Positions 48,426 through 62,056 of a DNA stretch of 64,000 nt are shown piece by piece; the stretch's first letter is position 1; each line of letters opens with the position of its first letter. This stretch comes from Macrostomum lignano (taxonomy: Eukaryota): the NCBI GenBank assembly GCA_002269645.1, contig NIVC01000200.1, forward strand, positions 434,001-498,000. Reading direction: 5' to 3'. The translations under genes and the position numbers were made by a program. The notes below the pieces were generated by a model. It was not told the origin of the DNA, did no database searches, and worked only from the letters and a program-made list of their open reading frames with translations.

Positions 48426-49802
48426 TTCCAAGTTACTCGGATGTAGACACATGAAGTGTACTTTGTACTTTGTTCTTTTGTATTTTGGCTGACTTGGGAA
48501 GTTTCTAAGCATGTTGTTTTTCCCGGGCATGGTCGGTGCGACACAGCATAGTACGATCTATCCATAAAAAACTATGCGGAATAACACTAATAGGGTGATT
48601 TATGATCCAAGCATATAGTATCTATACTATAGTAGTTGACTAATCAATACTTATCATGCAACCAAGATTACAATACAATGAACTACAATTGACAATTAAC
48701 TGTCAACTAATTAATTAAGGCGCTAATGATGTTCTTTGACAGATTTATTGCTACTCATAAACCGCAATGAAACAATTATAGATTATTACTGTGCATAATA
48801 GTACATACAGAATCAATGCAACATTACGTCGTATTAAATTTTCCTGTTATGGAACACGTAAATGCGCCTGTGCAAGTTCAAGTGGGTCAGTTGCTCAAAT
48901 AATTTAGCATTTTAACGCATTAGCCAAGGAACGATACTGAAGTGGAATTTCCTTAATAGGTGCAAACAGGATGCGAACTTTGGAAGCACCTTAGCAAACG
49001 GGACCCAATGCTCACAGGAGATTGCTGAGATGCCAAAAGGCTCAAGGGGGAGTTGCTGAGGCTCAATGGCCAATAAAAGCACTTTCCTCGACTTTTCAAG
49101 CTAGATTTTAGCACAGGTATACAGTTGCCTCCAAAGCTCCCTTAGAAGATGTCCAAACATCTAAATTTTAAGGCCATGCTTGCTATGTCTTTCCTGTGAT
49201 TGGTGGCTACTTATAAATCTGCTTAAAAGTAATTAGGAAATTATAATTTTTTATAGTATTTATTCTCGAGCCAAAGGGCTTACAGTTTGATTAATTTTAG
49301 TTTGGTTTACAACCCAATCATGCAAGTCATAAATTTGTCGTATCAATAGTAGACACATGAACCATAAAATCAAGCTGCTCCATTGAGGTTTTCGGGCTCA
49401 AGAGAACTCAATAAAAGTATAGGAAAAAATCTGAGAGCAGTAAATACATGATCATCATTAGGAGCGTTGATAGATAACAAAAAGTGATGCCACAAAACAG
49501 TATCCCAGGAATGAAATGAATTTTTTCAGTTATTTGGTGCGCACTTAGCCAGTCCAGGAAGGATTTACGGTGGATTAATTGCTAAAGCGCTGCATTTAGC
49601 CTTGAGTCTCTAAATCATGCCATCTCACTGATTTGCCCTACTCAAATGATATTTCGAAGTGCAGCGTGTGAGAGCAGCGATTTGTAGGTCGAATTTCACT
49701 GTAATATTTAGCATCACGTGAGTCTGGAATGACCAAGAAACGTCTCCCAAGCTTGTAAAACATGGTCAATAAAACTTAAGAAATCTTTCTTTACACCTGT
49801 CA

Positions 49803-52800
49803 TCAAGCAGTTACGTCGACATCCAGATGACCGACAACTCCGCTGATGCCTGCAAGGCTAACGTCTGTTGTTGAGGCTATTTTTGTCGTCGATTTCCTAA
49901 TGCCATTGTCAGCTGTTCCTCGCTGATCACTGTTTGAGCCAGTTTTTCTTGCCAGCGCCTTCGGCGAGGCTGCGATTCCCAGTCGGAAAAGGAACTCCAT
50001 CAGCTCAACCATGGTGACAATACTCGCTCCCATCCATAGACCTGCGTTTGGGAGAAGTTTTCAATACATGTAATTAAACCAAACTTTTCGGGGATGTTCA
50101 GGAAGCGCTACTAGTGCACCAGCTCCTATACTTTAGTACACTTATTTGTGTTCAATTTTAACAAAACTCGCATTCGAAGCATCGTAGTAAGGGCGTTCAT
50201 TCTGTCTATGGACAAAACTTACCCCTGACTGCAGATTTCCCTTTAAATAATTCGGAATGCTGTATTCAAATTCAGCACAACATTTTTGACGGGCTTTTTG
50301 AGTGTACATCATATCAATCTTCAGCAGACTTCCCTCTCAAGCTATCAATATAGAACTGTCTATTGCTCTTTATATAGTATCTCTCTTAGAAGTCCAGATG
50401 TACTCGTAATGATGTGAGTTTTGTGATACGAAGCATACGAGCGCATTCAGTAGAAGAACGAATTAGGACTTCCAAGAACGAGAGACCCTTACCGAGAATG
50501 CCACCGAGATCGGACAGCAGGTTCCGCAGGGGATAGACCCAGTCTTCCCGGCTGTGAACGGAGCTACTTGAAGCGGCTCGCAGGTCCAACAGCGCAAAGT
50601 AGCCGAACTTCTCGTTGATCGGTCGAGACTTTGCTTGAACTAAGATTTTTAAAGGGCCACTGCCCGACTCCACGGCTCGAGAGACTGCCCGGTCGATGTA
50701 GAGATTTAACGAGCTGTTTGTTGCGTTCAACGTATATTCGTCTACTTCGTTTGTTGGCCAATTCGTTGAAGTGACGCTTGGCTGCAATTTTATAAAAATA
50801 AAAACTGCAATTGTCATAATTAAGTTCACAAGCGGCTTAAGGTTGACATCCATGTTGTCGCCCATGCAAGACAATTGACCTCGGAGAGGCCTGTTCGGCG
50901 ATTCACGCTCATGACAGTCAAACTGAGGATGTACGAGCGTAACTGACAGTCAGAGCACTGTTCACCCGGCATGTGTCAGCGTCATGCAACCAACCCGTAT
51001 TAACCAGTGGGTGGAAACCCAAGCACAGGGAAAGTGTGACTGGCGCCCTAGAATTTCTGCTACTACCTGCCTAAGCGCAACGGGTCAGCGACCATCCATC
51101 TCCTGAGTTTTCCAGAGGGAAACCGTGTTGCGGACACCGCAACCGCCGGATCTTCCTGCACCAAATTGCAGCACTATCTAGGAACGGGAAACGACGCCCC
51201 CCCCGTATCTGGATGTCCGTAAACCCCTGCACTCAAGTCAAGTTAGTAAGTAAGTCAATATGTGAAAGTCTCGCATCTGTGAGTGTGTCCTTAGTGGAGA
51301 TGGGTCGACTATCGACCTTGTTTGTGGAATTTCCACAGCTAACTAAATAAACTGACACAGGAAAAGTCAGGTCTATCGTTACTACTATACGGGTACATCA
51401 TCAAACTAATAAGCTCATTCACCTGGTACTCGACGCGACGGCACAGCCGCAGACAGCCGCTGGTGTTGACACCAAAGCCGCCTCTCTGCGTTTGACGCTC
51501 ACTGACTGTATCGAAACAGATCGAATTCAGTCTTGGTTGCTGCCACGCGTCCCAGTGCGATTGGTAGAACGTCTCAAACTCTGTGATATTTCCCGAAGTG
51601 TAGTTGTACACCGTCATGTTGTTCACGGGGGCTGGGTCGGTTGGAATTGGCATAACGTCGACGAAGAAGGCCGGCTCCCACAGGGCGTGGCACGGTTGCA
51701 CTGCAGGTTCCAGTAGTAGGTCTGTTGGCGTCGGCAGGTGCTCCGCAAGGCAGCCGCACTCGTTCAGGAATTCCAACTGTCTCTGAAGAAGCAGGCAGTC
51801 GCGCTGACCGGCGATGAAGCTCTGCTGTCTGCCACCCTCCGTGTAGGTGACGTTGCCGAGACTGTCTGTGCAGCTATAGGCCTTCCGGTTCAGTTTTGTC
51901 TCTACTCGGCGACTCACCTTAGTGCTGACTCGCTGAGCAAGCGGCACTTTGAAGGCGGTTGTCATGTCCGGCACCGTGCCTGTTCGGATGAGAATGGAAT
52001 GTACTCGTAAGCAAGCAAGTAAGTTGTACCAACCAACCAACCAACCAACCGACCAACCAACCAACCAACCGACCAACCAACCAACCAACAAACCAACAAC
52101 CAACCAACCAACCAACCAACCAACCAACCAACCGACCAACCAACCAACCAACCAACTAACTAACCAACTAACCAACCAACCGACCAACTAACCAACTAAC
52201 CAACCAACCAACCAACCAACCAACCAACCAACCGACCAACCAACAAACTAACCAACCAACCAACCAACCAACCAACTAACCAACCGACCAACTAACCAAC
52301 CAACCAACCAACCAACCGACTAACCAACCAACCAACCAACTAACCAACCAACCAACCAACCAACCGACCAACCGACCAACCAACCAAGCAACCAACCAAC
52401 CAACCGACTAACCAACCAACCAACCAACTAACCAACTAACCAACCAACCAACCAACCAAGCAAGCAAGCAACCAACCAACCAACCAACCAACCAACCAAC
52501 CAACCAACCAACCAACCAACCAACCAACCAACCAACCAACCAACCAACCAACCAACCAACCAACCAACCAACCAACCAACCAACCAACCAACCAACCAAC
52601 CAACCAACCAACCAACCAACCAACCAACCAACCAACCAACCAACCAACCAACCAACCAACCAACCAACCAACCAACCAACCAACCAACCAACCAACCAAC
52701 CAACCAACCAACCAACTAACCAACCAACCAACCAACCAACCGACCAACCGACCAACCAACCAAGCAACCAACCAACCAACCGACTAACCAACCAACCAAC

Positions 52801-54787
52801 CAACTAACCAACTAACCAACCAACCAACCAACCAAGCAAGCAAGCAACCAACCAACCAACCAACCAACCAACCAACCAACCAACCAACCAACCAACCAAC
52901 CAACCAACCAACCAACCAACCAACCAACCAACCAACCAACCAACCAACCAACCAACCAACCAACCAACCAACCAACCAACCAACCAACCAACCAACCAAC
53001 CAACCAACCAACCAACCAACCAACCAACCAACCAACCAACCAACCAACCAACCAACCAACCAACCAACCAAGCAACGGATTATATTTTCATATTACTGTA
53101 TAATACCTGTATACAAAGTCTGTATACAAAGTCAGTCCGAGTACGACCCATGAGTCTTCCCATACGTGGCTACTTTAGTATTTATGATTTCTGTCTTTTA
53201 CCCAGTTGCCTTTAACTTGATATAGACTTTATTGAACGACAGTATCGCCACTGCAGCGCACTTGACCCGCTCTGCAAGTAGCAGTCTTACCCCAAAGCCA
53301 GTCTATCAATAAGCAGTGTCATTATTACGCTTAACTTTGAGCTCTGGCTAGACCAGCTGCTGCTTTTGGCCGTTCTTCTAACAGTAGCTCCCTAACTCCC
53401 TATGCACCCACCGCGTTTGCAATTGCTGTCTTTGGCTAATTTGTTGACAAATAACCCCATAAACCCCTGCAAGACACCAGTGCATAACTTTATTTGCGGC
53501 AAAAAAGCATAACTGACCTTAGTAATGCCCCAAGGGAAAATAATTGTGTTTAATTATGCATTCCACGTGACTTCTAAGCTGACTCACAAGAATGCAATGA
53601 GATTATTTAATGGAAGTGAAGACCTTCCTGCAGACTGCAGAGTCCATTAGTGCACAGCACTCTTTGACTCGGAAAAAGAACGACTTAAGGACGATAGAAG
53701 ACTTAAGCTTTTAAACTTCTGTGACTGCTTTCATGAGCTGTGACTAAAATTTGGTTACACGAGTGAACTGCTAAGCTAGCAGTTTCGTTGTGCCATAGAC
53801 GAAATCATTGTGGGCTGATTCTGGGTGCTCCATGCAGCGATTTTCCTTTTCTTCGCTCCTCGCAAGCCCCGCATGCTAAACTCCTTTGCGGTCAGATAAA
53901 TTTCTTCAAAAAGAAGAAGAGTGAATGTCTTGCATAGATCGGAAGCAACTTTACCAGGTACTAAGTTTATTCCTAAGTTTGCTGATAGATCTTAACTCCG
54001 GAGCGAAGATCAAGAACAGGAAGCCAAGATAGCAAACAGATCAAGCTAAAAGCTTACCGGGCTCGTGCAAGCTGATGGAGAAGCCCGGGATGTGGTTAAT
54101 TTCCTCCTCTTCTGTGAGGAAGCTGTTCGCATCCGAGTACAGCAGCAGGAAAAGCCCCTTGCCCTCCTCCGTCTGTGCAACGCTCCGATCCTCCGGCGTG
54201 AACGTGAAGCACAGGAAGCGCTCGGGGTCGCGGTACTCTGCGAACTCCTTGTCAAGATGGCAGTTTCGCGAGTTGAAAGTACACGCTACCACCGTGTCTC
54301 GCAGCGTCTGGAACTGCTGCGAGCGGTAGGCGACCTGCTTCAGACTGAACATGCCGTCATCGTAGGAGCTGTAGGGATAGTAGGGAATCGCTGGGTGGGA
54401 CTCGTTCGATTTGATGCGGTACCAGATCCTCGCCAGGTCGTACGTCATGTCGTACACGGACCGGTTGCTGCCGTACCTGTTGGGGATGCTCGAGTTCCAA
54501 TAGAAGTAGTGGATGTAGTCGTTCGGACACACTGTCACCGACGGGAACTGGAAGTCGTCCAGACCTTCGAAGGCCTCGGTGTTGACCGGGTACTCCAAGT
54601 AGCGGGTGAGCAGCTGGCCAAGGTGGACGAAGAAGCCGACAACCGTGCCGAGGACGAACAGCAGCCAGACGGCGCGGTAGACGAGCGGCCCGTCGCTCAG
54701 ACGTCGCACGCCGTGGATTGTCGTCTCTCTGGAGAAGACGCGGCCGATCTCGGAGCGAGATTGGCTGTTAGGGTTTGTGTCGCTCAT
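49803..54787 (-). CDS. DEG/ENaC (ASIC/degenerin family) sodium channel, ~604 aa, exons 54787-54058, 51979-51423, 50781-50493, 50041-49803
   Basis: TTIHG gating motif, TM1, FPSVTVC, cysteine-rich thumb (ECGC), WPT, and TM2 [19 protein letters not shown] with the GAS filter. Junction phases (1,0,1) are consistent; total 1815 nt. Confidence 0.92.
52028..53072. repeat. Intronic (ACCA)n microsatellite
   Basis: Direct observation; it is the source of the GWLV pseudo-ORFs. Confidence 0.97.
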
Positions 54788-55254
54788 GTTGCGATCTAAT
54801 TGTTTGTAGACAATCTCGTACTTTTAAAACTGTATAATCTATTACTTAGATTAAGTGTACAACTGCTGTGCGCATCGGCAAGACTTTTAAAGTCTCGAGT
54901 TGACTGCTTGCCTATTGGATGGCATTTAGCTAAGGCTTGAGAACTGCTCAGCCAATAAAGCCTCAAGAATAGTTTAGAGTGGCTTTAGACTCGAGTGGTT
55001 TCCCATGAACCCTTATACCTCAGTGAGCTATTCTCCTGCAATGGAGCATGACTAATTGGCTAAAAAATGCCATTAAGTAAATCAATGAGGCAAGAGAAAT
55101 GACCAATCGAATGAGCCAGGGCTACGGCAGATATGTAAGCTATGGAGAAACAGGCTGCACAAAAGGATTTAGTCTATTTCTATATTTGGTCTAATTCATA
55201 TAGCTAGCGAAATATATGCTAATAACAGATTATTCTTGCGGATACATGAATAAA

Positions 55255-55819
55255 TACAATTTAATCTTCCAGATTACAGGTTAATCTTCCAGATTACAGG
55301 TTAATCTTCCAGATGAAAGGTAGGAATACATGTTAATCTTCCAGATTACAGGTAAGAATACAGGTTAATCATCCAGTTTACAGGTAAAAATACAGACTAA
55401 TCTTCCAGATTACAGGTAGGAATACAGGTTATTTTTCCAGATTACAGGAAAGAATACAGGTTACTCTTCCAGATTACAGGCAAGAATACAGGTTATTCTT
55501 CCAGATTACAGCAAAGAATACAGGTTAATCATCAAGATTACAGGAAAGAAAGAATACAGGTTAATCATCCAGATTACAGGAAGGAATACACGTTAATCAT
55601 CCAGATTACAGGAAAGAATACAGGTCAATCATCCAGATTACAGAAAAGAAAGAATACAGGTTAATCATCCAGATTACAGGAAAGAATACAGGTCAATCAT
55701 CCAGATTACAGAAAAGAAAGAATACAGGTTAATCATCCAGATTACAGGAAAGAATGCAGGTTAATCATCCAGTTAACAGGAAATAAATAATACAGGTTAA
55801 TCATCCAGACTACAGGAAA
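55255..55819. repeat. ~32-bp minisatellite (AATACAGGTTAATCATCCAGATTACAGGAAAG)n, left half
   Basis: The same unit resumes at 60923-61345. Confidence 0.9.
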
Positions 55820-58800
55820 TTCTCTCTATATACTAAAGTTGGTGCGTTGTTTGTCCGTGTGTGTGTGTGTTTGTTGGATAACTCCTCCTAGAATACTTGC
55901 AAGTCAGCGTTGAAACTTATGTGGGAAAACTGCAAATTTTCCGAGGATGGCTTTAGGCTATTTTAATCTTTTATTTTTACATTTTAAGATCCCTAAAAAA
56001 GCAGAAAACGGCAATTCTGACCTTTGATAATCTTAATTGTACCCTCTTTCTGCTCGGAGCTGAAAATTTGCATGAATTTTGAGTGATTACGCCACAACTT
56101 TTTCCTATGTCGCCAGTGCATTTTCTCTCCTGTGGGGGAATGGGCGCGTTCTCATTGGCGGCGTGTGTACAATTGGACCCTGGCTCACTGGCTGACTTTA
56201 TAGACAATTGCGCAACTATTTGTGTTCTGTTTTTTAACAGGAAGCCCTGTGTATTTTTTGCACAGTGAAATTCAGTGCATTTTAATGCATAAACTTGCGA
56301 GCATCTTTAGCAGGCAGTGAACGTACACTCGATATTTCAATGCTTAAAATCAGAAAGTTTCAAACACTAACTGTTGCTCGAGTTTTGAACTTAGAGAGGA
56401 GAGACTTATATTGCTGGAAAGATCTTGCTGCGATGAGTTCGGGGATATAAGTTTTTTGCTTTAAATATGAAAATTAAATTCACAGCATTCAAGAAAAGAT
56501 TTTCATACTTTTAGCTTTCTGCAAAGATTTTGCTCATTTTGGAGTTCAATGGGGGTTCGACCGACCCCCCCCAATAGTTAGTAGGGGGGGTTCAATTTCT
56601 AGCTGCACTGCGTATTGGAAGGGGGTCGGTTGCTGTGTATTGGAGGGCTGATTTAGATTGCGCAATCTTTTTGTTAACTTTAACCGACGCTGATACTGAC
56701 TGCCTGAGAAATAAGTTGCGCAATTTAATTGGTTCAATGTTTTTACGGCGCCTTTCAACACGCAGCTGTGTGTAGCTCTAACCCTAACCCTAACCCTAAC
56801 CAATGAATTCTGAGAGCTGGGCTGTTTGACGGAGAAATTTCGATTTAGTCCAGTTTCACGGAGAGGATTTCTATTTCGCGGAGAATATTTCGATGGTGTT
56901 CAGTTTCACGGAGAGGATTTCGATAGTGTTCAGTTTCACGGAGACGATTTCTGTTGCGCGGAGAGGTGTTGGAAAATGGGATTCCGCTGATGGAGTTCAG
57001 GGAATGGAATTCCGCTGATTGGAGTTCTTCCCCTTTCTTCTCCGAAGGAGGAGTTGGCCTCGTCTTAATACTAAAACTGGTGCGTTGTTTGTCTGTGTGT
57101 GTGTGTGTTTGTTGGATAACTCCTCCTAGAATACTTGCAAGTCAGCGTTGAAACTTATATGGGAAAACTGCAAATTTTCCGAGGATGGCTTTAGGCTATT
57201 TTAATCTTTCATTTTCAATTTTTAAGATCCCTAAAAAAGCAGAAAATGGCGGTCTTGACCTTTGATAATCTTAATTGTCCCCTCTTTCTGCTTGGAGCTG
57301 AAAATTTGCATCAATTTTAGTGATTGCGCCATAAAATTTTTCTATCTTGGCAGTGTATTTTCTCTCAAGTGGGGGGATGGTCGCGTTCTCAGTGGCTGCG
57401 TGTGTACACTTGAACCCTGGCTCACTGACTGACTTTATAGACAATTGCGCAACTATTTGTGTTCTGTTTTTTAACAGGAAGCCCTGTGTATTTTTTGCAC
57501 AGTGAAATTCAGTGCATTTTAATGCATAAACTTGCGAGCATCTTTAGCAGGCAGTGAACGTACACTCGATATTTCAATGCTTAAAATCAGAAAGTTTCAA
57601 ACACTAACTGTTGCTCGAGTTTTGAACTTAGAGAGGAGAGACTTATATTGCTGGAAAGATCTTGCTGCAATGAGTTCGGGGATATAAGTTTTTTGCTTTA
57701 AATATGAAAATTAAATTCACAGCATTCAAGAAAAGATTTTCATACTTTTAGCTTTCTGCAAAGATTGTGCTCATTTTGGAGTTCAATGGGGGTTCGACCG
57801 ACCCCCAATAGTTGGTGGGGGGGGAGTTCAATTTCTAGCTGCACTGCGTATTGGAAGGGGGGTCGGTTGCTGTGTATTTGAGGGTTGATTTAGATTGCGC
57901 AATCTTTTTGTTAACTTTAACTGAGGCTGATACTGACTGCCTGAGAAATAAGTTGCGCAATTTAATTGGTTCAATGTTTTTACGGCGCCTTTCAACACGC
58001 AGCTGTCAACCCTAACCCTAACCCTAACCAATGAATTCTGAGAGCTGGGCTATTTGACGTAGAAATTTCGATTTAGTCCAGTTTCACGGAGAGGATTTCT
58101 ATTTCGCGGAGAATATTTCGATGGTGTTCAGTTTCACGGAGAGGATTTCGATAGTGTTCAGTTTCACGGAGACGATTTCTGTTGCGCGGAGAGGTGTTGG
58201 AAAATGGGATTCCGCTGATGGAGTTCAGGGAATGGAATTCCGCTGATTGGAGTTCTTCCCCTTTCTTCTCCGAAGGAGGAGTTGGCCTCGTTATATCTAA
58301 AGCTGAGTGGATCGATCGACCGGCCGGGTTTAACGCGTATCTCCTCCTAAACGGCTGGCAACTCAAATGCGGGACTTATATATATCAATGCAGAATTTTC
58401 CTACGCAACAAATAGGCTATTTTAATGTTGAAATTTTCAAAATTAAGTCTGTTAAAAAAGCAGAAAACTGTTTTCTTAACCTTCTTTGGCCACATTGCCT
58501 CTCCAGTGGAGGGGTAGTGGCATAATTGTAAAAACAACTACCCCAACCTCCTCCGCGGGTCGCTGTGTTTTGGAGGGGTGGGTGACGCGTGTTCTGGGTT
58601 CAATGCTAATAAAACCCCGCGTGTTGGGGGTGCCGTAAAATTTAATGATTCCCCCGGAATAGGGGGGGGGGTTGGTTTGGGCTGAGTGTACATAGCAATG
58701 TACTGTGTAAACAGATAGAAAAGGACTGTGTCGAGATTCAATTGGTTTTATTATCGGCGTCTTTCAAAAGGCTGTGTATTAGCTGGGCAGCTAAATTCAA

Positions 58801-60922
58801 TGAATAAACTTGCGAGCGGGAAGTTCAAACGCAAACTGTTCCTTGAGTTTTAAGCTTTGAGAGGAGAGAATTTGTATTGCTGGAAAGATCTTGCAACGCT
58901 GAGTTTGGGGATATAAGTTATTTGTTTTAAATATGAAAACAAAAAGCACAGCATTGAAAAAACGATTTCCATACTTTTAAACTTTCTGCCAAGATTGTAG
59001 TTGGGGGGGAAGGTTGCGTACACAAATTCAAGCCAGCTATCATTTGAGTAATTTTAGTAATGGAGGAGGCGGGTGATAAATTTCAATTGTTTTGATTATC
59101 GGCGCTTTCAGTCCGTCAGATAAGAGAGTAGAGAGAAGAGAGTAGAGAGAAGAGAGTTTTCAAGGAGAAGAGAGGATAGAAAGATGATAGAAAAGACAGT
59201 AGATATGAGAGCTGAGAGATTAAAGACGAGTCGACGACAGAGGGGAGAGAAGAGTGGAGTAAGGCAAGAATGATGAAGAGGGAAAGTGAAGAGAAGAGAA
59301 TGTGGAGGGAAGATAGGGGGGGGAAGGAAAAATGAGAGATCAAAGGAGGGAGGAAAGATGGGGAGGAGAGAGGAGGGATAAGAGAGTACAGAGGAGATAG
59401 AAGAGAGAGGAGAGATGAGACAGGAGACGGTAGAGAGGAGAGGGGAAAGATGAGAGATGAAAAAGAAGAGGGTAAGAGAGAAAATAGGAGTATGAGAAAT
59501 GAGAGCAGAGAGAAGAGACGAGAGAGAAAAGAGAAGAGAGAGAGGGCAGGGTAGAGGAGAGGCGATAGATAAGCGAGTAGAGATGAGAGATGGAAGAGAA
59601 GAGGAGAGATAAGAGAGAATTGAGAGAAGACAGGAGAGAAGACGGGAGAGAGAGAAGCGAGAAGAGAAGAGAGAGAGGACTCAGGAGAGAGATGAGAAAA
59701 GAAATGAGAGAGCAAAGGGGAAAGATGAGAGAATAGAGATAAGAAAAAAGAGATAAGAGCGCAGAGAGGAGAGATGAGAGATGGGAGGTGATTGATAAGA
59801 AAGTAAGAGTAGAGATGAGAGAGGAGATGAGAGCAGAGAGAAGAGATTAGATAAAGGAGCAAAGAGGAGAGAGGAGACAGGAGAGAGTCTCAGTCTGGAC
59901 CTTGCAGTCAATTTTTGCAAACAGGGAAAACATGCTATGATATTTCAGAGGTTTTATGGAGGATTTTTTAATTTTTTTGACGTATACCCAGACAAGTAAA
60001 AAGCATATTTTATAGACTTCAGTTTCATAGTCTTGAGTGACTGAAATTTGATAGAGATAATATTTTTTTAATTGATGGATTGTAGCTTGAAGGAGATGAT
60101 ACACGCTGGATTGCAGTTTAACGGAGATGATTTTGATGATATCTGTTTCATAGAGAGGATGAAATGGCTAAATGAAAGGGAATAGAGAAAAGAGAAAAGG
60201 AAAGAGTGGATAAAATATTAGATGAAAGAGAACATGAAAAGAGAGAATCAAAAGGGACAGATTAGAGAAAAGAAAAAGAGAATAAAGGCGAGAGAAGAAA
60301 TGAGGGAATTGAGAGGAGAGAGGAGAGGGGGTAAGAGAGGAGAAAGAGGAGACAGGAGGGAGTAGAGCCAAAAGACGAGAGAGAAGAGATAAAAGAGTAA
60401 AGATGAGGGGAGAGAGAGGAGAGAGAAGCGAGAGGATAAGGGAGAGAGGAGAGGGGAGAAAGTAGAAAGATGAGAGAGCAGAGAGGAGATAAAGGAGAGG
60501 AGAGTGAAGAGATAAAAGAGAAGAGAGGAAAAAGTAGAGGAGAAAGTAGTGAGGAGAAAGAAGAGAGTAGATATGAGAGTGCAGAAAGGAGAGATAAGAG
60601 AGTAGAGATGAGAGATAAGAGATGAGATGAGAAATGATTGATAAACGAGCAGATAAGAGCAGAGAGGAGATAGGAGAGATTAGAGATGAGAGAGCAAAGA
60701 GGAGAGAGGGACAGACGAGAGTCTCAATCTGGACAATGGCAGGCAGTCAATTTTTGCAAACAGGTATAAAACAACATGATTTTTGGGGGGTTAATAGAGG
60801 ATTTGGAGAGGATTTGGACGATGGGATTCGTGTCATTGGATTCAGCTGATGGATTTCAGGGAATGAAATTCTGGCGATGGGAGTTCTATCCCCTTACTCC
60901 GCCAACGGAGGAGTTGGCCTCG
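55820..60922 (+). mobile_element. Head-to-tail array of three non-autonomous Helitron-like elements (55820-57062, 57063-58290, divergent 58291-60922)
   Basis: Units start T(C/T)..TA(T)ACTAAA or TATATCTAAAG; units 1 and 2 continue into GT/GTTT runs. All end with a hairpin (CTCCGAAGGAG or CTCCGCCAACGGAG) plus GAGTTGGCCTCG. No TIR or TSD; the array sits between A55819 and T60923. Confidence 0.72.
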
Positions 60923-61345
60923 TAATACATATTAATCATCCAGATTGCAGGAAAGAAAGAATACAGGTTAATTATCCAGATATCAGGAAAGACAACAGGT
61001 TAATCTTCTAGATTACAGGTAAGAATACAGGTTAATCATCCAGATATCAGGAAAGAATACAGGTTAATCATCCAGATTACGGGAAAGAATACAGGTTAAT
61101 CATCCAGATTACGGGAAAGAATACAGGTTAATCATCCAGATTACGGGAAAGAATACATATTAATCATCCAGATTGCAGGAAAGAAAGAATACAGGTTAAT
61201 TATCCAGATATCAGGAAAGAAAACAGGTTAATCTTCTAGATTACAGGTAAGAATACAGGTTAATCATCCAGATATCAGGAAAGAATACAGGTTAATCATC
61301 CAGATTACGGGAAAGAATACAGGTTAATCATCCAGATTACAGGAA
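60923..61345. repeat. ~32-bp minisatellite, right half of the array interrupted by the Helitron-like block
   Basis: Same unit as 55255-55819. Confidence 0.9.
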
Positions 61346-62056
61346 ATAATGCGAGTTAATCTTTCAGTAATTGTGTATGCAAGACTGAAGGGTCCCTGGT
61401 TATTTACTTTTCCATAATGGAAGGCGGTGACCTAATTGCACGCATATTTCTCATACTAATAGAAAACACAAGCAAAAAACCTTTTTGTCTGAAATAGATG
61501 GTACAATTTCTCAAGCTGACAGGTTGAAAGTTAAATATAGTTTATCAACTTTCAAAGAAGCATTTTAACCATTATTGATTCTCAACTGTCAGTTGCCAAG
61601 AAAAATTTGAGTTGACTGGCTTTGAGTAGTCTCTAAGACTGCTTCTGTTAAGCCAGACATTCAGACAGTCAAACAAAGAAACACTTTCAACTGTCACCGC
61701 AACAAACATTCCCAAGTAAGAGTACTATTTTAATTATTAAAACAGGCCAGAGAAAGTCAAATAAGCAGATTAAAGTGCAAGAAAATTAACCTTTCAATGC
61801 AGACTCAGTTCAAACCCGAATCAGGCACGGGAATTTAGAAATTGATGCGAAATAGAAATTAGAAATCTTATTAGCAAATATAGTGCTCATTTGCGATGCG
61901 CTTACTCATAAGTAGCGGAAGCATTTTAGATAGCTAAGCTTCGTACAGCCTCGTACGAGATAAGAGTGCATTTTTTATAGTAATAAACTCCCAAGGCGCA
62001 ATCAAAGGTTTAGTAAATGTGTACTGAATACTGCTAGAACGCGTCGAGGCGATGCA

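Noticed and set aside
50880-51255. GC-rich intronic segment ending AAGTCAAGTTAGTAAGTAAGT, suggestive of a retroposon tail
   Set aside because: No second copy, promoter boxes or TSD visible.
51919-53075. GWLV and QPTN repeat ORFs (likewise SVCL and RQTD ORFs at 16317, 18166, 32209)
   Set aside because: Translations of tetranucleotide microsatellites in introns or spacers.
54065-54799. 244-aa + strand ORF, and other antisense ORFs over real exons (6405-6836, 11156-11554, 23467-24676, 44070-44417)
   Set aside because: Shadows of GC-rich coding or pseudogene sequence on the opposite strand, with no independent motifs.
59116-59862. 248-aa Leu/Ser-rich hydrophobic ORF on the - strand
   Set aside because: Translation of a low-complexity GA/CT tract, not a membrane protein.
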